Source: Planctomycetota bacterium
GTDB lineage: Bacteria; Planctomycetota; UBA8108; UBA1146
Direction: 5' to 3'
DNA length: 64,000 nt
NCBI GenBank assembly: GCA_018694835.1
Contig: JABHOG010000015.1
Location: 7,362 to 71,361 of the forward strand
A program made the translations under genes and the position numbers. Each line of letters opens with the position of its first letter. Positions within the stretch are counted from its first letter, which is position 1. The notes beneath the pieces are model-generated. The model worked only from the letters and a program-made list of their open reading frames with translations. It was not told where the DNA came from and made no database searches. Below, in pieces: positions 45,920 through 56,656 of the stretch.

Positions 45920-46734
45920 ACCAACCCCATCGAGTCGACCTTCATCTTCACACCCGCTGTAGCGATGGGGGACTGACCCCGGCCGAAGTAGTGGACAGAG
46001 CCGCCGGGATTCTCTCGTGCATCTCCATCTGCGATCACGACACCCTGTCCGCTTATCACCAGCTCGACGTTCCTCCATCGTTACGAATCCTACCGGGACT
46101 CGAGATGACTTGTCGTGTCGGTCCTCACGACTTGCACCTTCTGGCCTATTTCCCCGAGGGCTTGACCGCACCTCTCCTCGATTGGGTTCAGCAACTCGAA
46201 GATGATCGACGCCATCGGGTGATGGCTGGCGTGATGAAACTTCGCGACTCCGGCATTCCCTTGCGGATGGCGGACCTCGAGGAAGAGTTGCAAGGTGGTG
46301 TGCCATGTCGGTCTCACGTGGCGAGAGCTTTGGTGCGTGGGGGACTCGCAGCGACCACCAGACCACTCTACAAGCGTTGGCTCGGGGGAGATCGATTTGC
46401 CCGCCCTGCTCTGGCTGGATCCGATGCCATCGAGCAAGTTCATCAGTTCTCAGGACTGGTCTTTTGGGCTCATCCAGCCGCTGTTCATCTGAAACAGGTG
46501 GGCAGGTCGTTGGTCGAGGCAGGACTCGATGGCGTCGAGTGTCTTTCTCGAAACCTGGGGCCCAAAGATCGAGCCGCTGCACGCCTGTTCAAGGAGCAGC
46601 ATCAACTGGGAGCTTGTGGAGGTTCGGATCTTCACTTCGAGACGGTTCGCGCCCGTGTCGGGAGTTACGGAGTCGAAGAATCGTTGATCGATGATCGATT
46701 AATTCGTAGTTCTACCCGGTCAACTTCCCAGTGA
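45916..46734 (+). CDS. PHP-domain metal-dependent phosphoesterase
   Basis: VDLHLHTRCSDGG..ISICDHD PHP motifs. TTG start overlapping gltX stop. Confidence 0.78.
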   Translation: MNQPHRVDLHLHTRCSDGGLTPAEVVDRAAGILSCISICDHDTLSAYHQLDVPPSLRILPGLEMTCRVGPHDLHLLAYFPEGLTAPLLDWVQQLEDDRRHRVMAGVMKLRDSGIPLRMADLEEELQGGVPCRSHVARALVRGGLAATTRPLYKRWLGGDRFARPALAGSDAIEQVHQFSGLVFWAHPAAVHLKQVGRSLVEAGLDGVECLSRNLGPKDRAAARLFKEQHQLGACGGSDLHFETVRARVGSYGVEESLIDDRLIRSSTRSTSQ

Positions 46735-48111
46735 GGTCAGGAACTCCGCGTTGTCACCGAAGGATCCGACTCTCTGACTGAGCAACTCCATTCCCTCGAT
46801 GGGATTGACGCTGGTCAGAACTCTTCTCAACTTCCAGATCTGTTCAATCTCTTCGGTGCTGTAGAGTTTCTCTTCCTTACGAGTCCCAGAAAGTGTGACA
46901 TCGATGGCTGGGAATACCCGTTGGTCGGCCAGTTTTCGAGAAAGAACCAATTCCATGTTTCCGGTTCCCTTGAACTCCTCGAAGATCACCTCGTCCATGC
47001 GACTGCCCGTCTCGATCAATGCGGTAGCGATGATCGTCAAGCTTCCGCCCTCCTCGACATTGCGAGCGGCACCGAAGATGGCCTTGGGCTTCTCCAGCGT
47101 CTTCGCATCGACTCCTCCAGAGAGAGTACGACCGCTGTGAGCGGTCTCCAGGTTATAAGCCCGTCCCAGGCGAGTCAGAGAGTCGAGCAGCAGGACCACG
47201 TCGCATTTCGCCTCCAGCAACCGATGGCAACGTTGCAATGCCATCTCCGAGACGCGTACATGGGTCTTGGATGATTCATCACTGGAAGAGGCGTAGACCT
47301 CTGCCTTGACCGTTCGCTTCCAGTCGGTGACCTCTTCCGGTCGTTCATCGACCAGTAGGGCGAGCACCATCGAATCGGGGTGAATTTCAGTGATCGACTT
47401 GGCCATCTGTTGCAACAGTACCGTTTTCCCGGTTCGTGGAGGAGCCACGATCAGGGCTCTCTGTCCCTTTCCGATCGGTGCGATCAGGTCGACCAGGCGC
47501 ATCGAGATGTTGCCGTTATTCCCGAGCAAGAATCGATCGGTCGGATCGATGCTGGTCATCTCCTTGAAGAAAGTTCGATTCTTGACTTCTTCGGGTTCAT
47601 CTCCGTCGACCGATTCGATGCGCGCAAGGCTGGGGCCGCGACCTCGGGGTGAGCGGCCGCCGACAGTCCCGACGATGTAGTGACCGGTATGGAGACTGTA
47701 CTTCTGTACCAAATTGTTTCCGACATGGATGTCGTCTTGCTGGATCCGGAACGACTTTTCGGCCGATCGCAAGAAACCGAATCCCTGGTTTCCGACCTCC
47801 AGGATGCCTCGCACCGCGGTTCCCTCCGCCAGTGGGGGAGAATCGCTAACTGGTCCACTTCTGCGTGAGTTCGGATCCTGACTTCGCGAGTCCTGGCGAC
47901 GATCCCGTTGCTGGCCGCCAGAACGGCGACCGCCTCCGCGTCCGGAGCCCCCGCCGGAATTACCCTGGCTTGACCCTGTACGAGTACGACCGCCGCGACT
48001 ACTCCTGCGACGGCGACTGGTTCCATCCGAATTCGAGGACGAATTGCCCTGGTTCACTGCTTCTCCTTGAGGTGAAACTGTTGGGTCGATCCCGCTGTGG
48101 GACTCCTCCAA
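46720..48111 (-). CDS. rho: Transcription termination factor Rho with RG/S-rich N-terminal region
   Basis: OB/CSD part [16 protein letters not shown]-loop [10 protein letters not shown] loops, C-terminal ...[24 protein letters not shown]. First ~95 aa are a low-complexity Ser/Gly/Arg-rich stretch. TTG start. Confidence 0.93.
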   Translation of the reverse strand: MEESHSGIDPTVSPQGEAVNQGNSSSNSDGTSRRRRSSRGGRTRTGSSQGNSGGGSGRGGGRRSGGQQRDRRQDSRSQDPNSRRSGPVSDSPPLAEGTAVRGILEVGNQGFGFLRSAEKSFRIQQDDIHVGNNLVQKYSLHTGHYIVGTVGGRSPRGRGPSLARIESVDGDEPEEVKNRTFFKEMTSIDPTDRFLLGNNGNISMRLVDLIAPIGKGQRALIVAPPRTGKTVLLQQMAKSITEIHPDSMVLALLVDERPEEVTDWKRTVKAEVYASSSDESSKTHVRVSEMALQRCHRLLEAKCDVVLLLDSLTRLGRAYNLETAHSGRTLSGGVDAKTLEKPKAIFGAARNVEEGGSLTIIATALIETGSRMDEVIFEEFKGTGNMELVLSRKLADQRVFPAIDVTLSGTRKEEKLYSTEEIEQIWKLRRVLTSVNPIEGMELLSQRVGSFGDNAEFLTSLGS

Positions 48112-48557
48112 CTTGGTGTCGATTGAGATGCTGATCTTCAGCAGTTACTCATGGGTTGAAAATGTAATGGATCGTAACTTACGTGTGAGCGGCCCTCAGG
48201 GCCTCATGTCGACCGATCCAATACCTGGTGCTCTGGAGTCCATCAGTTCAATACTTCTTCAGTGGGATGGTAGTAAAAAGATCCCAATTGAACAGAGAGA
48301 ATGAGTTCGAAAAACCGAGCGCTCGATCCAAAGATGTCAGATCCAACAATCGAAAACAGCAGGTCAACATGGTGCGGAAATCCCTGAGGTCCTGAATGCA
48401 GATCCGGAAAAGGAATCCCGAGACTGCGCATGATCCTGAGAAGAAGGGAATGACTTTGCCACGAAGAGGCCTTCTGCCCTCCGAACGATTTCGATGATAC
48501 CCTCCCTGTTCATCGGTTCCAGTGCTTGTCTCACAGCTTTTAAGTTTAAGGAGTTCG

Positions 48558-50003
48558 ATGTCGATCGCTCGTGGATGGTACATCGTGATCCATGACGGCA
48601 AGACGTTGGAGGCCGCTCAGGCATGGTTCACAGCCCATCCCGGTATGATCGCCGGGATCGAATTGAGGCTCGATCTGGCCGGCGAGGAATCTCCACTTCC
48701 TGATCCTCCTGCCAATTTATCGGTCATCGTGACCGATCGTGGGGGACGAACGAATCACGCCAGAACCACTCGCAGGGACCAGATCTGTCGTGAGTGGCGC
48801 GGTACCCTCGATGTCGATCCACAAACGGATGCGGCAGCGCCGACCGATCTTCCGTGGATCTATAGCTGTCATCGAACCCCGGACACCCCGGTCTCCGTCC
48901 AGTTCCAAATCGAGGAGGCGCAACGATCGGGAGCGGTGGCAGCCAAGATCGTCATGCCGGAGGGGGACCTGGCGGCTCGTCGCCTGGCTCTCGCTCAAGT
49001 GGCAGCTGATGGATCCTACCCGGTGGTCTGTTTCAATGCTGGAGATCAATCGCCGATCGATCGCCTGGTAGCGCTGGACTGTCAGCAACCGTGGGGATAC
49101 GCGCGGGTTCCAGCGGACGATCCGGGGATTCCTGGGCTGCCATCGATCGGCGCCATCGTCGATCGTTATCGATTCCGCAGATGTGAGTCGCAGCGACCAC
49201 TACAGGCGGTCATCGGAGCCGAGGTTCAGAACCATCTGGCTCCCGGATGGCATAATCGTTGGCTGGAAGAAAACGGTTCACCGGCCCGGATGATCCAGTT
49301 CTCCACCGATCAGCCAGACCCCTTCCTCGACGAGTCCGATAATCTTCAACTGGATGCTCTTTCGGTATCCGATCCCTACCAGGCGTGGGCACGTCGGGTC
49401 GCCCGACCGCTCGACGAAGATGCCTCCCGTTGGAATCGCTGGGACACCTTGATTCGCCAACCAGATCGGTCATGGGTCGGTACCAGTTGCGAAACCATTG
49501 CAGTGCGACGGCTGCTGCAGCAACACTTCTCAGGGCACGTGACGGTGGTGGTCGTCGGACTGGAAGAGGATTCCCAGATGCTGGCTCTGGAACTGACCCG
49601 GCTCGGTTATCAGGTCAGTCGAATCTGTACCCGTCGCGGACATGGGCCTGGAAACAGCGACTCTCGACAAGATACCGAGGCGGTCGAACAGGCTGCGGCA
49701 CTGATTCACTGCGATCGCTCCTACAGGACAGGTTCGAGAGGAACAAAGCAGCCCGATTCTTCGTGGGACCTGACTCGATTTCACGGTGAGTTGGCGATCG
49801 ATATGAGCCATCCGCTCCAGAGTCACCAGCAGTGGAAGACTCTGGAGAGCACCGCAGTGACCGTCGTCGATTCGTTGCACTTCTTCAGCGAACAGATGCG
49901 CCTGCAGTGTCGGTGGTTTCATCCAGGTGTAGTCACTGCTGGAGAAGTCACTCCGGTGGAAGCGCTCCGGATCGCTCGAGAGGCATTTGAAGAACTGCAG
50001 TGA
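48558..50003 (+). CDS. Putative bifunctional 3-dehydroquinate dehydratase (type I) / shikimate dehydrogenase-like protein, divergent
   Basis: ATG 48558 with aaggag SD 5 nt upstream (longest ORF from GTG 48522). N-terminal IELRLDL type-I DHQase-like signature. C-terminal Rossmann-like VVVVGLEEDSQMLALELTRLGYQV. Motifs degenerate. Confidence 0.6.
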   Translation: MSIARGWYIVIHDGKTLEAAQAWFTAHPGMIAGIELRLDLAGEESPLPDPPANLSVIVTDRGGRTNHARTTRRDQICREWRGTLDVDPQTDAAAPTDLPWIYSCHRTPDTPVSVQFQIEEAQRSGAVAAKIVMPEGDLAARRLALAQVAADGSYPVVCFNAGDQSPIDRLVALDCQQPWGYARVPADDPGIPGLPSIGAIVDRYRFRRCESQRPLQAVIGAEVQNHLAPGWHNRWLEENGSPARMIQFSTDQPDPFLDESDNLQLDALSVSDPYQAWARRVARPLDEDASRWNRWDTLIRQPDRSWVGTSCETIAVRRLLQQHFSGHVTVVVVGLEEDSQMLALELTRLGYQVSRICTRRGHGPGNSDSRQDTEAVEQAAALIHCDRSYRTGSRGTKQPDSSWDLTRFHGELAIDMSHPLQSHQQWKTLESTAVTVVDSLHFFSEQMRLQCRWFHPGVVTAGEVTPVEALRIAREAFEELQ

Positions 50004-50642
50004 ACTGGTCCCGACAAACGTCTGCCCGCAGACCAGACCTGCGGCGAAGCGGCGGTGAAAGGAGAAGGGGCAGACAGTCCCGAGTCTTACATGGGTCCGA
50101 TAAGGTACATTATGGGATGTAGGGGGACTCGGCACCATCTGGCCTGAGACAGCCTGGACGCCAAGAGAAGCGTGATTGGCATTCCTCGCTACATGTCAGA
50201 TTCAGCATTGAACTGAAGCCGTTCGACCGGGATCGCTCTACGGTCGGATCGATGACGTCGGGAAAGATCGCTGTGATTCGGCATGGATTCGAAAACATGG
50301 ATCTCAGAACAGCACATCCAGAATAACGAATCCCGAGGCAGCCAATCTCGGATCGGGGTTGGCCTGCACCTGAGGCGTGATCCCCGCCAAAGTTGATCGC
50401 CTGCTAGATCACTCGAGGAAAGAGACCCGTTCATCTGTTCCAGGAGAAGACTGATCCGGGCAATGGTATCCAGGAGGACGATGGATGAACCGCACATCGG
50501 ACAACGCCAAAGACCTCTTCTTCGGTGGAGGGATCACCATAAACAATCTGAGTTTCTATCCGACGGATTACGATATTCGGGGTTCCATAAGGAGCCGATA
50601 ATAACTCCTTACGTCCAAAGTGACTGGATCGAAGACCTTTCA

Positions 50643-52142
50643 ATGAAACGTAAAATAATCTCTCCGCTGACGGTCTCTGGTGTCCTCGCCATCGTCATCC
50701 TGGGTGCATCTGTCTTTCAATCGATCGAAAAGTTGTCCGCTCAGGATCTGGCTTCCACTTCCCTGGACAAAGCTGCTTCCCTTCCAAACATCATCCTGCT
50801 GCTCTCGGATGACCAGGGCTGGAATGGTCTATCGGTGTCGATGCACCCCACCGCTTTCGGAGCCCGCAGCAGTATCATCGAAACACCTCAGCTGGAGAAA
50901 ATGGCCGGGCGTGGCCTCCGGTTTTCTGCGGCATACTCTCCCGCGTCCGTCTGCTCTCCCACTCGAATCAGTCTCCAAACCGGTCGCAGTCCTGCCGCTC
51001 TCGGTTGGACCAAAGCAGGTCCCGGGGTTCGATCCGCTCAAAACTATCCAATGGTCGGAGCCGTATCCCGGCGCACCATCCACAGTGAAGAGATCACCAT
51101 CGCGGAGGTGTTGAAGAAGGCGGGCTACGCCACTGCGCACTGGGGAAAGTGGCACCTCGAGGGCGGTGGCCCTGGAAATCATGGCTATGACGTCAGTGAT
51201 GGAAACCTGGGCAATGAGGCCGCGGCAAAGTTCAAGGATCCCAACCCTGTCGACATTTTCGGTATGGCTGAACGCGGCATCCACTTCATGAAGGAACAGA
51301 AAGAGGCCGAGAAACCTTTCTTCATGCAATTCTCTTTTCATGCCCTTCACTCTCCAGGGAATGCTCTGGAAGCCACGGTCGAAAAATACAAAAAGAAGTT
51401 TCGGGGAAGACGGGAACGACAGGCACATCGTTGCGCCATCGCCGAAGACCTCGATACCGGTGTCGGCCGTATCCTTGCGGCCATCGAGGAACTCGAACTG
51501 ACCGACAACACCTATGTCATCTACATGTCTGATAATGGTTCAGGTGGCGGGGGCCGCAACAGTCTTCTCGGCGGCGGTAAAGGTAGCCTACGTGAAGGCG
51601 GGATACGGGTGCCTTTGATCATCCAGGGGCCCGGCATCACCGCCAACAGTTGGTGTGACACACGAGTGGTCGGATTCGATCTCTTCCCCACCTTCTGTGA
51701 ATGGGCCGGAGTGCCGAAAGAGAAGTGGCCCGCAGAACTGGAAGGCGGCAGTCTGGTGCCACTGCTGAAACCCAAAAGCAAAGGAACGACCACAACACAC
51801 TCCTGCGTCTCACGCCCCAGAGAAGAACTGGTCTTCCACTTCCCCCACTACCAATCAGGCGATCCGCCCCATTCGGTGATCTATCTCGATGGCTACAAAA
51901 TGTTCCGCTTCCACGACAGTGGGAAGACGGAGGTGTATGCCATCGACCAGGACATGGCAGAGACGAACGATCTCGCTCCACAGATGAAGGATAGGGTCGA
52001 AGCCCTCAGCCTCAAACTGGCCACCTACCTCGAAAGGGTCGGTGCAAAGATGCCGACGAAGAACCACCAGTACGATCCGAGAAAAACGAGTAGCGATCGT
52101 ACAAAGCGGGGCAGTTCACAGAAGAAACGGGAGCGATTCTGA
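50643..52142 (+). CDS. Sulfatase (formylglycine-dependent arylsulfatase family), secreted
   Basis: ATG 50643 gives signal peptide MKRKIISPLTVSGVLAIVILGASVF. LLSDDQGW and CSPTRISLQTGR (C-x-P-x-R) motifs, GKWHL. Confidence 0.9.
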   Translation: MKRKIISPLTVSGVLAIVILGASVFQSIEKLSAQDLASTSLDKAASLPNIILLLSDDQGWNGLSVSMHPTAFGARSSIIETPQLEKMAGRGLRFSAAYSPASVCSPTRISLQTGRSPAALGWTKAGPGVRSAQNYPMVGAVSRRTIHSEEITIAEVLKKAGYATAHWGKWHLEGGGPGNHGYDVSDGNLGNEAAAKFKDPNPVDIFGMAERGIHFMKEQKEAEKPFFMQFSFHALHSPGNALEATVEKYKKKFRGRRERQAHRCAIAEDLDTGVGRILAAIEELELTDNTYVIYMSDNGSGGGGRNSLLGGGKGSLREGGIRVPLIIQGPGITANSWCDTRVVGFDLFPTFCEWAGVPKEKWPAELEGGSLVPLLKPKSKGTTTTHSCVSRPREELVFHFPHYQSGDPPHSVIYLDGYKMFRFHDSGKTEVYAIDQDMAETNDLAPQMKDRVEALSLKLATYLERVGAKMPTKNHQYDPRKTSSDRTKRGSSQKKRERF

Positions 52143-52367
52143 GGAGCAAAACCCTGGGCGTTGTAAGGCTTGCGTAGTTTTGCTTGGGGAATGCCAGCAC
52201 ATTCTGGATATTGGCTGACGGTGCGACGTGCGATCGATAGGCCCTGAGCGACGATCATCTTCGGGAGTTGGGTATCACTCCACAGGTTCGCATCATCTTC
52301 CTCATCGATGAGGATACGAATGGCCTGGTAGATCGTCCAAAACCGCTCAGTCAGATGCGCACGGCTA

Positions 52368-54146
52368 CTAGCCTCGGCTACCAGCGCCTGCCGCTGCTGC
52401 ACGTCCCCCGTAGGAATCGTGACGTTTGCCCCGATGCGGTTTTGGCCGTCTCGCATAATCGGGCTTTGAATTGCCCTGACTGCGTCGAATATTGAGATTC
52501 GGGTCGCGTCCATCGGGACGACTTGCGGCCTTCTCGAAACCATCCGAGGAGTCTTTTGAAATCTCGAAGGTACTGAAAGCTGGCCCGAGGCGAATCGCAC
52601 CGACCACAGAACTGCTGACATTTCCTCTGCGGCATAGATGCGACAAGATGCGACTCGCGGTCGCTCCCTTGGCTGTTCCCCAGTTGATTTCAAAACTCTG
52701 GACGGCACCAAAAGAACCCTTTTTTCGTGGCCCCGAATTTCGTGGATTCCGCGATCCTCGGGAATCCCTTGAATGACCTGATCCCTCGGAGACTTCCGCG
52801 ATGGAATAACCCTGGAGTGCCGGTTTGGGCTCGGCCATCTGCAAGAGAGCGGCAAGGATTTCCAGCGGATCTCGTTGCTCGGGTTGTTCCAAAAGGAACT
52901 TTGCGTACGAGGTTTGTTTTTTCGAAACCAAAGAGGAGTCCGCAAGGATGGCATGCAGATCACGACGGAATGTCTTGGTATAACGTTTTTCGATCTGGGC
53001 AGGGCTCGGAACCGGCTGCCACTGCGCCTCGACACCTGCCGATGAGAAGATGCGCCTTACGCGGCCCTGGGAATGCGCCGGCACCATCAGAACACTTCGC
53101 CCCTTGCGACCCGCTCGTCCGGTACGACCACTCCGGTGAGTGTAATTTTCGACATCCGCCGGTACGTCTGCGTGAATCACCGTGTCGATTTCAGGGACGT
53201 CGATCCCGCGAGCGGCGACATCGGTGGCGATCAGGATATCCTGTTCACCATTTTTGAAGGCATTCAGGGTGCGTGTACGCTGAGTCTGATTGAGTTCGCC
53301 ACTGAACGGTGCGGCGGAAAGTCCATTTGCGGACAGTCTTTCGGCGAGTTCCGTGGCATCCACCCGACGGCGGACGAAAACCAGCACACGCTCGCCGCGA
53401 GCATGCAGTAGGACATTGATGATCGCTGCATTCAATTCACGGGGACGAATGCGGTGGGCAACATGCTGAATATCAGCATTGGCTACGCCGAGGCGCGTAC
53501 CTTCGACATGAAGGGGATTTTCCTGAAAACGATCGGCCAACCGTTTGACGGCCGCCGGAAAGGTCGCAGAAACAAGATGGCTGCAACGATCCTTGGGCAA
53601 AAAATCGAGGATCGCTTCCAGTTCATCACGGAAGCCCATGTCGAGCATTTGATCTGCTTCGTCCAATACGACCTGACGAAAAGAGGAACAGTTGAGCCTG
53701 CGCGATTTCATGTGATCGAGCAATCGGCCAGGTGTTCCCACCAAGACCGCTGGTGACTTGTTGAGCGCACGGCGCTCACGGCTGATATCCGATCCGCCTG
53801 TGACCACTTCAACAGCGACGCCTTTGATCTTGGCAAAGAGCCAGCGCAACTCATCCGCAACCTGCACAGCCAGTTCACGAGTCGGCGTGATCAATAGAAC
53901 GCGAGGCCCTTCGGCTCCACGGGCGACCGTCGAGGCATCGTCAGTTGAGATCAGATCATTGGCCAGGCGAATACCGAGGGCCAGGGTTTTACCGGATCCG
54001 GTCTGTGAGGAGATACGGAGGTTGCGTCCGGTCCCCTCGGAGGAAAGAACCGCCTCCTGTACCGAAGTTAGCTTTTCGAAACCACGTGCAACGATGGCCT
54101 CACGAAGCGGAGCCGGTACACCGGCGAATGTGTTAGTCGTTTCCAT
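52368..54146 (-). CDS. DEAD-box ATP-dependent RNA helicase with DbpA-like C-terminal RNA-binding domain and RG-rich tail
   Basis: Q-motif, Walker A SQTGSGKT, DEAD (VLDEADQM), SAT, HRSGRTGRAG. C-terminal FEINWGTAKGATASRILSHLCRRGNVSSSVVGAIRLGPAFSTFEI. Confidence 0.9.
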   Translation of the reverse strand: METTNTFAGVPAPLREAIVARGFEKLTSVQEAVLSSEGTGRNLRISSQTGSGKTLALGIRLANDLISTDDASTVARGAEGPRVLLITPTRELAVQVADELRWLFAKIKGVAVEVVTGGSDISRERRALNKSPAVLVGTPGRLLDHMKSRRLNCSSFRQVVLDEADQMLDMGFRDELEAILDFLPKDRCSHLVSATFPAAVKRLADRFQENPLHVEGTRLGVANADIQHVAHRIRPRELNAAIINVLLHARGERVLVFVRRRVDATELAERLSANGLSAAPFSGELNQTQRTRTLNAFKNGEQDILIATDVAARGIDVPEIDTVIHADVPADVENYTHRSGRTGRAGRKGRSVLMVPAHSQGRVRRIFSSAGVEAQWQPVPSPAQIEKRYTKTFRRDLHAILADSSLVSKKQTSYAKFLLEQPEQRDPLEILAALLQMAEPKPALQGYSIAEVSEGSGHSRDSRGSRNPRNSGPRKKGSFGAVQSFEINWGTAKGATASRILSHLCRRGNVSSSVVGAIRLGPAFSTFEISKDSSDGFEKAASRPDGRDPNLNIRRSQGNSKPDYARRPKPHRGKRHDSYGGRAAAAGAGSRG

Positions 54147-54294
54147 TTTCGTCTCTCAATAATCCGGGGACTGGTTTGTATTGCCACCGAACTCTATGTG
54201 AGCGACGAGGCATGCTGAGGGCCGATGTCGACGCTCAGTCTCAGTAATCTTAGTAGACTGTAGCCTTTTCGAACCGATTTGTCCCAATTGATGA

Positions 54295-54315
54295 GAAAAA
54301 GGCCGAAATTCGGCC
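54295..54315 (-). terminator. Intrinsic terminator about 270 nt downstream of the ABC ATPase gene (minus strand)
   Basis: Perfect palindrome GGCCGAAATTCGGCC followed on the minus strand by TTTTTCTC. Confidence 0.45.
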
Positions 54316-54587
54316 CCCTCAATTGCTCTCGTAGGCCTGCCGGAATCTGGCCCGAAACGCGTATAATGAAGATAATAGCGTCGACCGCGAGGATGTCGTG
54401 ACCCCGCCTCAATTCCCTGTTCCTGAGGTACCCGGTGCCATAACCGGCGTCTGTGAGGTGAACGTGCCCACCAGTCTGCTCCCTCTGCGCCATTCCCCGG
54501 TTGCGGAAGTGTTGGCCAGGACGACTGCCAGGTCAGCAGCGCAGCCTGTCCCTAGGTTGCCGAGATCAGTTCAGGTTTCTGTGGGTT

Positions 54588-55625
54588 CTAGCCGAGCAGT
54601 TCATCGAATTGCTCGACATGAGGACAGGCCGCTCGTTGCCGTTTTCCGACCTGGATCATCGGCGGGATTTGCTCTGCGCAACTCTCCTGAGCGATCGGGC
54701 AACGCGTGCGAAATCCACAGCCGGAAGGCTTCGCCATCGGCGAGGGTACATCGCCACGCAGTACCAGACGGTCTTCTCTTCGACGGTCAGGGTCTGGCCG
54801 GGGTACGGCACTGAGAAGGGCGCGAGTGTAGGGATGTTTGGGTTGGCGGAAGATCTCCTGCGTTTGACCCAACTCGACCAGATTGCCCAGGTACATCACG
54901 GCGACTCGATCAGAAACATGTTCAACCACCGAGATATCATGGGCGATGAAGATCACAGTCAGTCCCAGTTCTCGTTGTAACTCTCTCATCAGATTGATCA
55001 CCTGAGCCTGGATCGAAACATCGAGAGCACTGACCGGCTCGTCAGCGATGATGACTCGAGGTCGAGTGGCCAGTGCGCGGGCGATTCCGATTCGTTGTCG
55101 TTGCCCCCCGGAAAACTCGTGCGGGTATCGCTCCGCCTGTTCCTTGCGCAGACCGACCCGTTCCAGCATCTCCTCGACGGCGATGCGACGCTCCTCACGA
55201 GACATCTTAGGATGATGAACCCGAAGCGGCTCATCGACAATTTCCTCGACGGAAAGACGCGAATTGAGTGAGGAATAGGGATCCTGATAGACCATCTGAA
55301 TCTCGCTGCGAAAGGGCCGATATTCCTTGCGGGTGAGTCGAGTCAGGTCGACCGTCCGCCCATCATGGGAGTGGAAATGGACGTTTCCCGATGTGACGGG
55401 CACCAGTCCCATCACCGCCTTCCCCAGAGTGCTCTTGCCGCAGCCCGATTCGCCGACCACGCCGAGGGTTTCGCCCTCGATCACCTTCAATGAGATGCCA
55501 TCGACCGCTTTGACATCCGCAATATGTCTCGAGAAGACACCTCCATGGACCGGGAACCAGACCTTCAGGTCTTCCAGTTCAAGGATCGGTTGTGAAGGCT
55601 CCGCGGAACGCTGGACTTCGGTCAT
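54588..55625 (-). CDS. ABC transporter ATP-binding protein (OppF/DppF/YejF C-half-like)
   Basis: ATG 55625 overlaps upstream stop (ATGA). Walker [10 protein letters not shown], signature LSGGQRQR, Walker B VIIADEP. C-terminal oligopeptide-ABC domain with Cys cluster. Confidence 0.88.
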   Translation of the reverse strand: MTEVQRSAEPSQPILELEDLKVWFPVHGGVFSRHIADVKAVDGISLKVIEGETLGVVGESGCGKSTLGKAVMGLVPVTSGNVHFHSHDGRTVDLTRLTRKEYRPFRSEIQMVYQDPYSSLNSRLSVEEIVDEPLRVHHPKMSREERRIAVEEMLERVGLRKEQAERYPHEFSGGQRQRIGIARALATRPRVIIADEPVSALDVSIQAQVINLMRELQRELGLTVIFIAHDISVVEHVSDRVAVMYLGNLVELGQTQEIFRQPKHPYTRALLSAVPRPDPDRRREDRLVLRGDVPSPMAKPSGCGFRTRCPIAQESCAEQIPPMIQVGKRQRAACPHVEQFDELLG

Positions 55626-56656
55626 TCGCCCCCCTCTTGAGGATTCACCAGATGACAGCGCACCTCGTGACCCTCCGCTACTCTCCTCAGTTCGGGAGAC
55701 TCTACATGGCAACGATCTTCCGCGAGTGGGCATCGAGTACAGAATCGACAGCCTTGGGGCCAGTCGAAGATGTTGGGAACCATTCCGGGAATCGTGGTCA
55801 ACTCACCCTGTTCTTCATCCAGTTCAGGTCGTGGCAAACTGCGGAGTAATCCCTGGGTATAGGGGTGCTGAGGATTCTTGAACAAATCGCGCACAGGAGC
55901 CACTTCCTGGATCTTTCCGCCGTACATCACGACCACCCGATCACAGGTCTCGGCGACCACTGCCAGGTCATGGGTGATGAGCAGGATGGAAGCTCCCTCT
56001 TGCTGATCCTTCATCTCCATCATCAGATCCAGGATCTGCGCCTGGATCGTCACATCGAGCGCGGTCGTCGGCTCATCGGCGATCAAAAGGGCCGGCTCCA
56101 GTGACAGGGCCATGGCGATCATCACGCGCTGCCGCATTCCACCGGAGAACTGATGAGGATAGGCAGACATCTGTGTCTCGGCATCGGAGATGCCGACTTT
56201 CTCCAGCATCTCCACCGAACGCTGGTGCGCTTCCACCTTGGAACAGCCTCTGTGCCGGACGATGCCTTCACGCAACTGAAAACCGATGGTGTAAACAGGA
56301 TTGAGCGCAGTCATCGGTTCCTGAAAAATCATCGCGATCTCTCGACCTCGAATGTTTCGCATTTCATCGTAGGAAAGCGCCAGTAGATCCTGGCCCTTGA
56401 AGATAGCGGAGCCCTGCTCGATGGTTCCAGGAGGATCTGGAACCAGTTTGAGCAAGGACAGAGATGTCACCGACTTGCCGCAGCCGGACTCCCCCACCAG
56501 GCCGAGTACTTCTCCTGGCATCACATCAAAACTGACGCCATCGACGGCACGGGCGGTTTGGCCCTCGACCGAGAAGGAGGTGTGCAGATTTCGCACCTGC
56601 AACAGCGGCGTCGTTGCGTCTCCGCTGGATTCGTGGTTCTGATTCATCCCCATCAC
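55622..56656 (-). CDS. ABC transporter ATP-binding protein (OppD/DppD-like)
   Basis: [32 protein letters not shown]-terminal extension with CRFCTRCP. Confidence 0.88.
   Translation of the reverse strand: MMGMNQNHESSGDATTPLLQVRNLHTSFSVEGQTARAVDGVSFDVMPGEVLGLVGESGCGKSVTSLSLLKLVPDPPGTIEQGSAIFKGQDLLALSYDEMRNIRGREIAMIFQEPMTALNPVYTIGFQLREGIVRHRGCSKVEAHQRSVEMLEKVGISDAETQMSAYPHQFSGGMRQRVMIAMALSLEPALLIADEPTTALDVTIQAQILDLMMEMKDQQEGASILLITHDLAVVAETCDRVVVMYGGKIQEVAPVRDLFKNPQHPYTQGLLRSLPRPELDEEQGELTTIPGMVPNIFDWPQGCRFCTRCPLAEDRCHVESPELRRVAEGHEVRCHLVNPQEGGE

Noticed and set aside
52330-52513. Ribbon-helix-helix/CopG-like reading (RIGANVTIPTGDVQQRQALVAEASSRAHLTERFW...) inside track ORF 52025..53035(-), suggesting an antitoxin
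   Set aside because: It lies in a different frame over the C-terminal DbpA RNA-binding domain and RG tail of the clearly real DEAD-box helicase (52368..54146). Its 3' part also overlaps the sulfatase gene end. No toxin partner was found, and the remainder of the ORF is Arg/Ser/Pro-rich noise.
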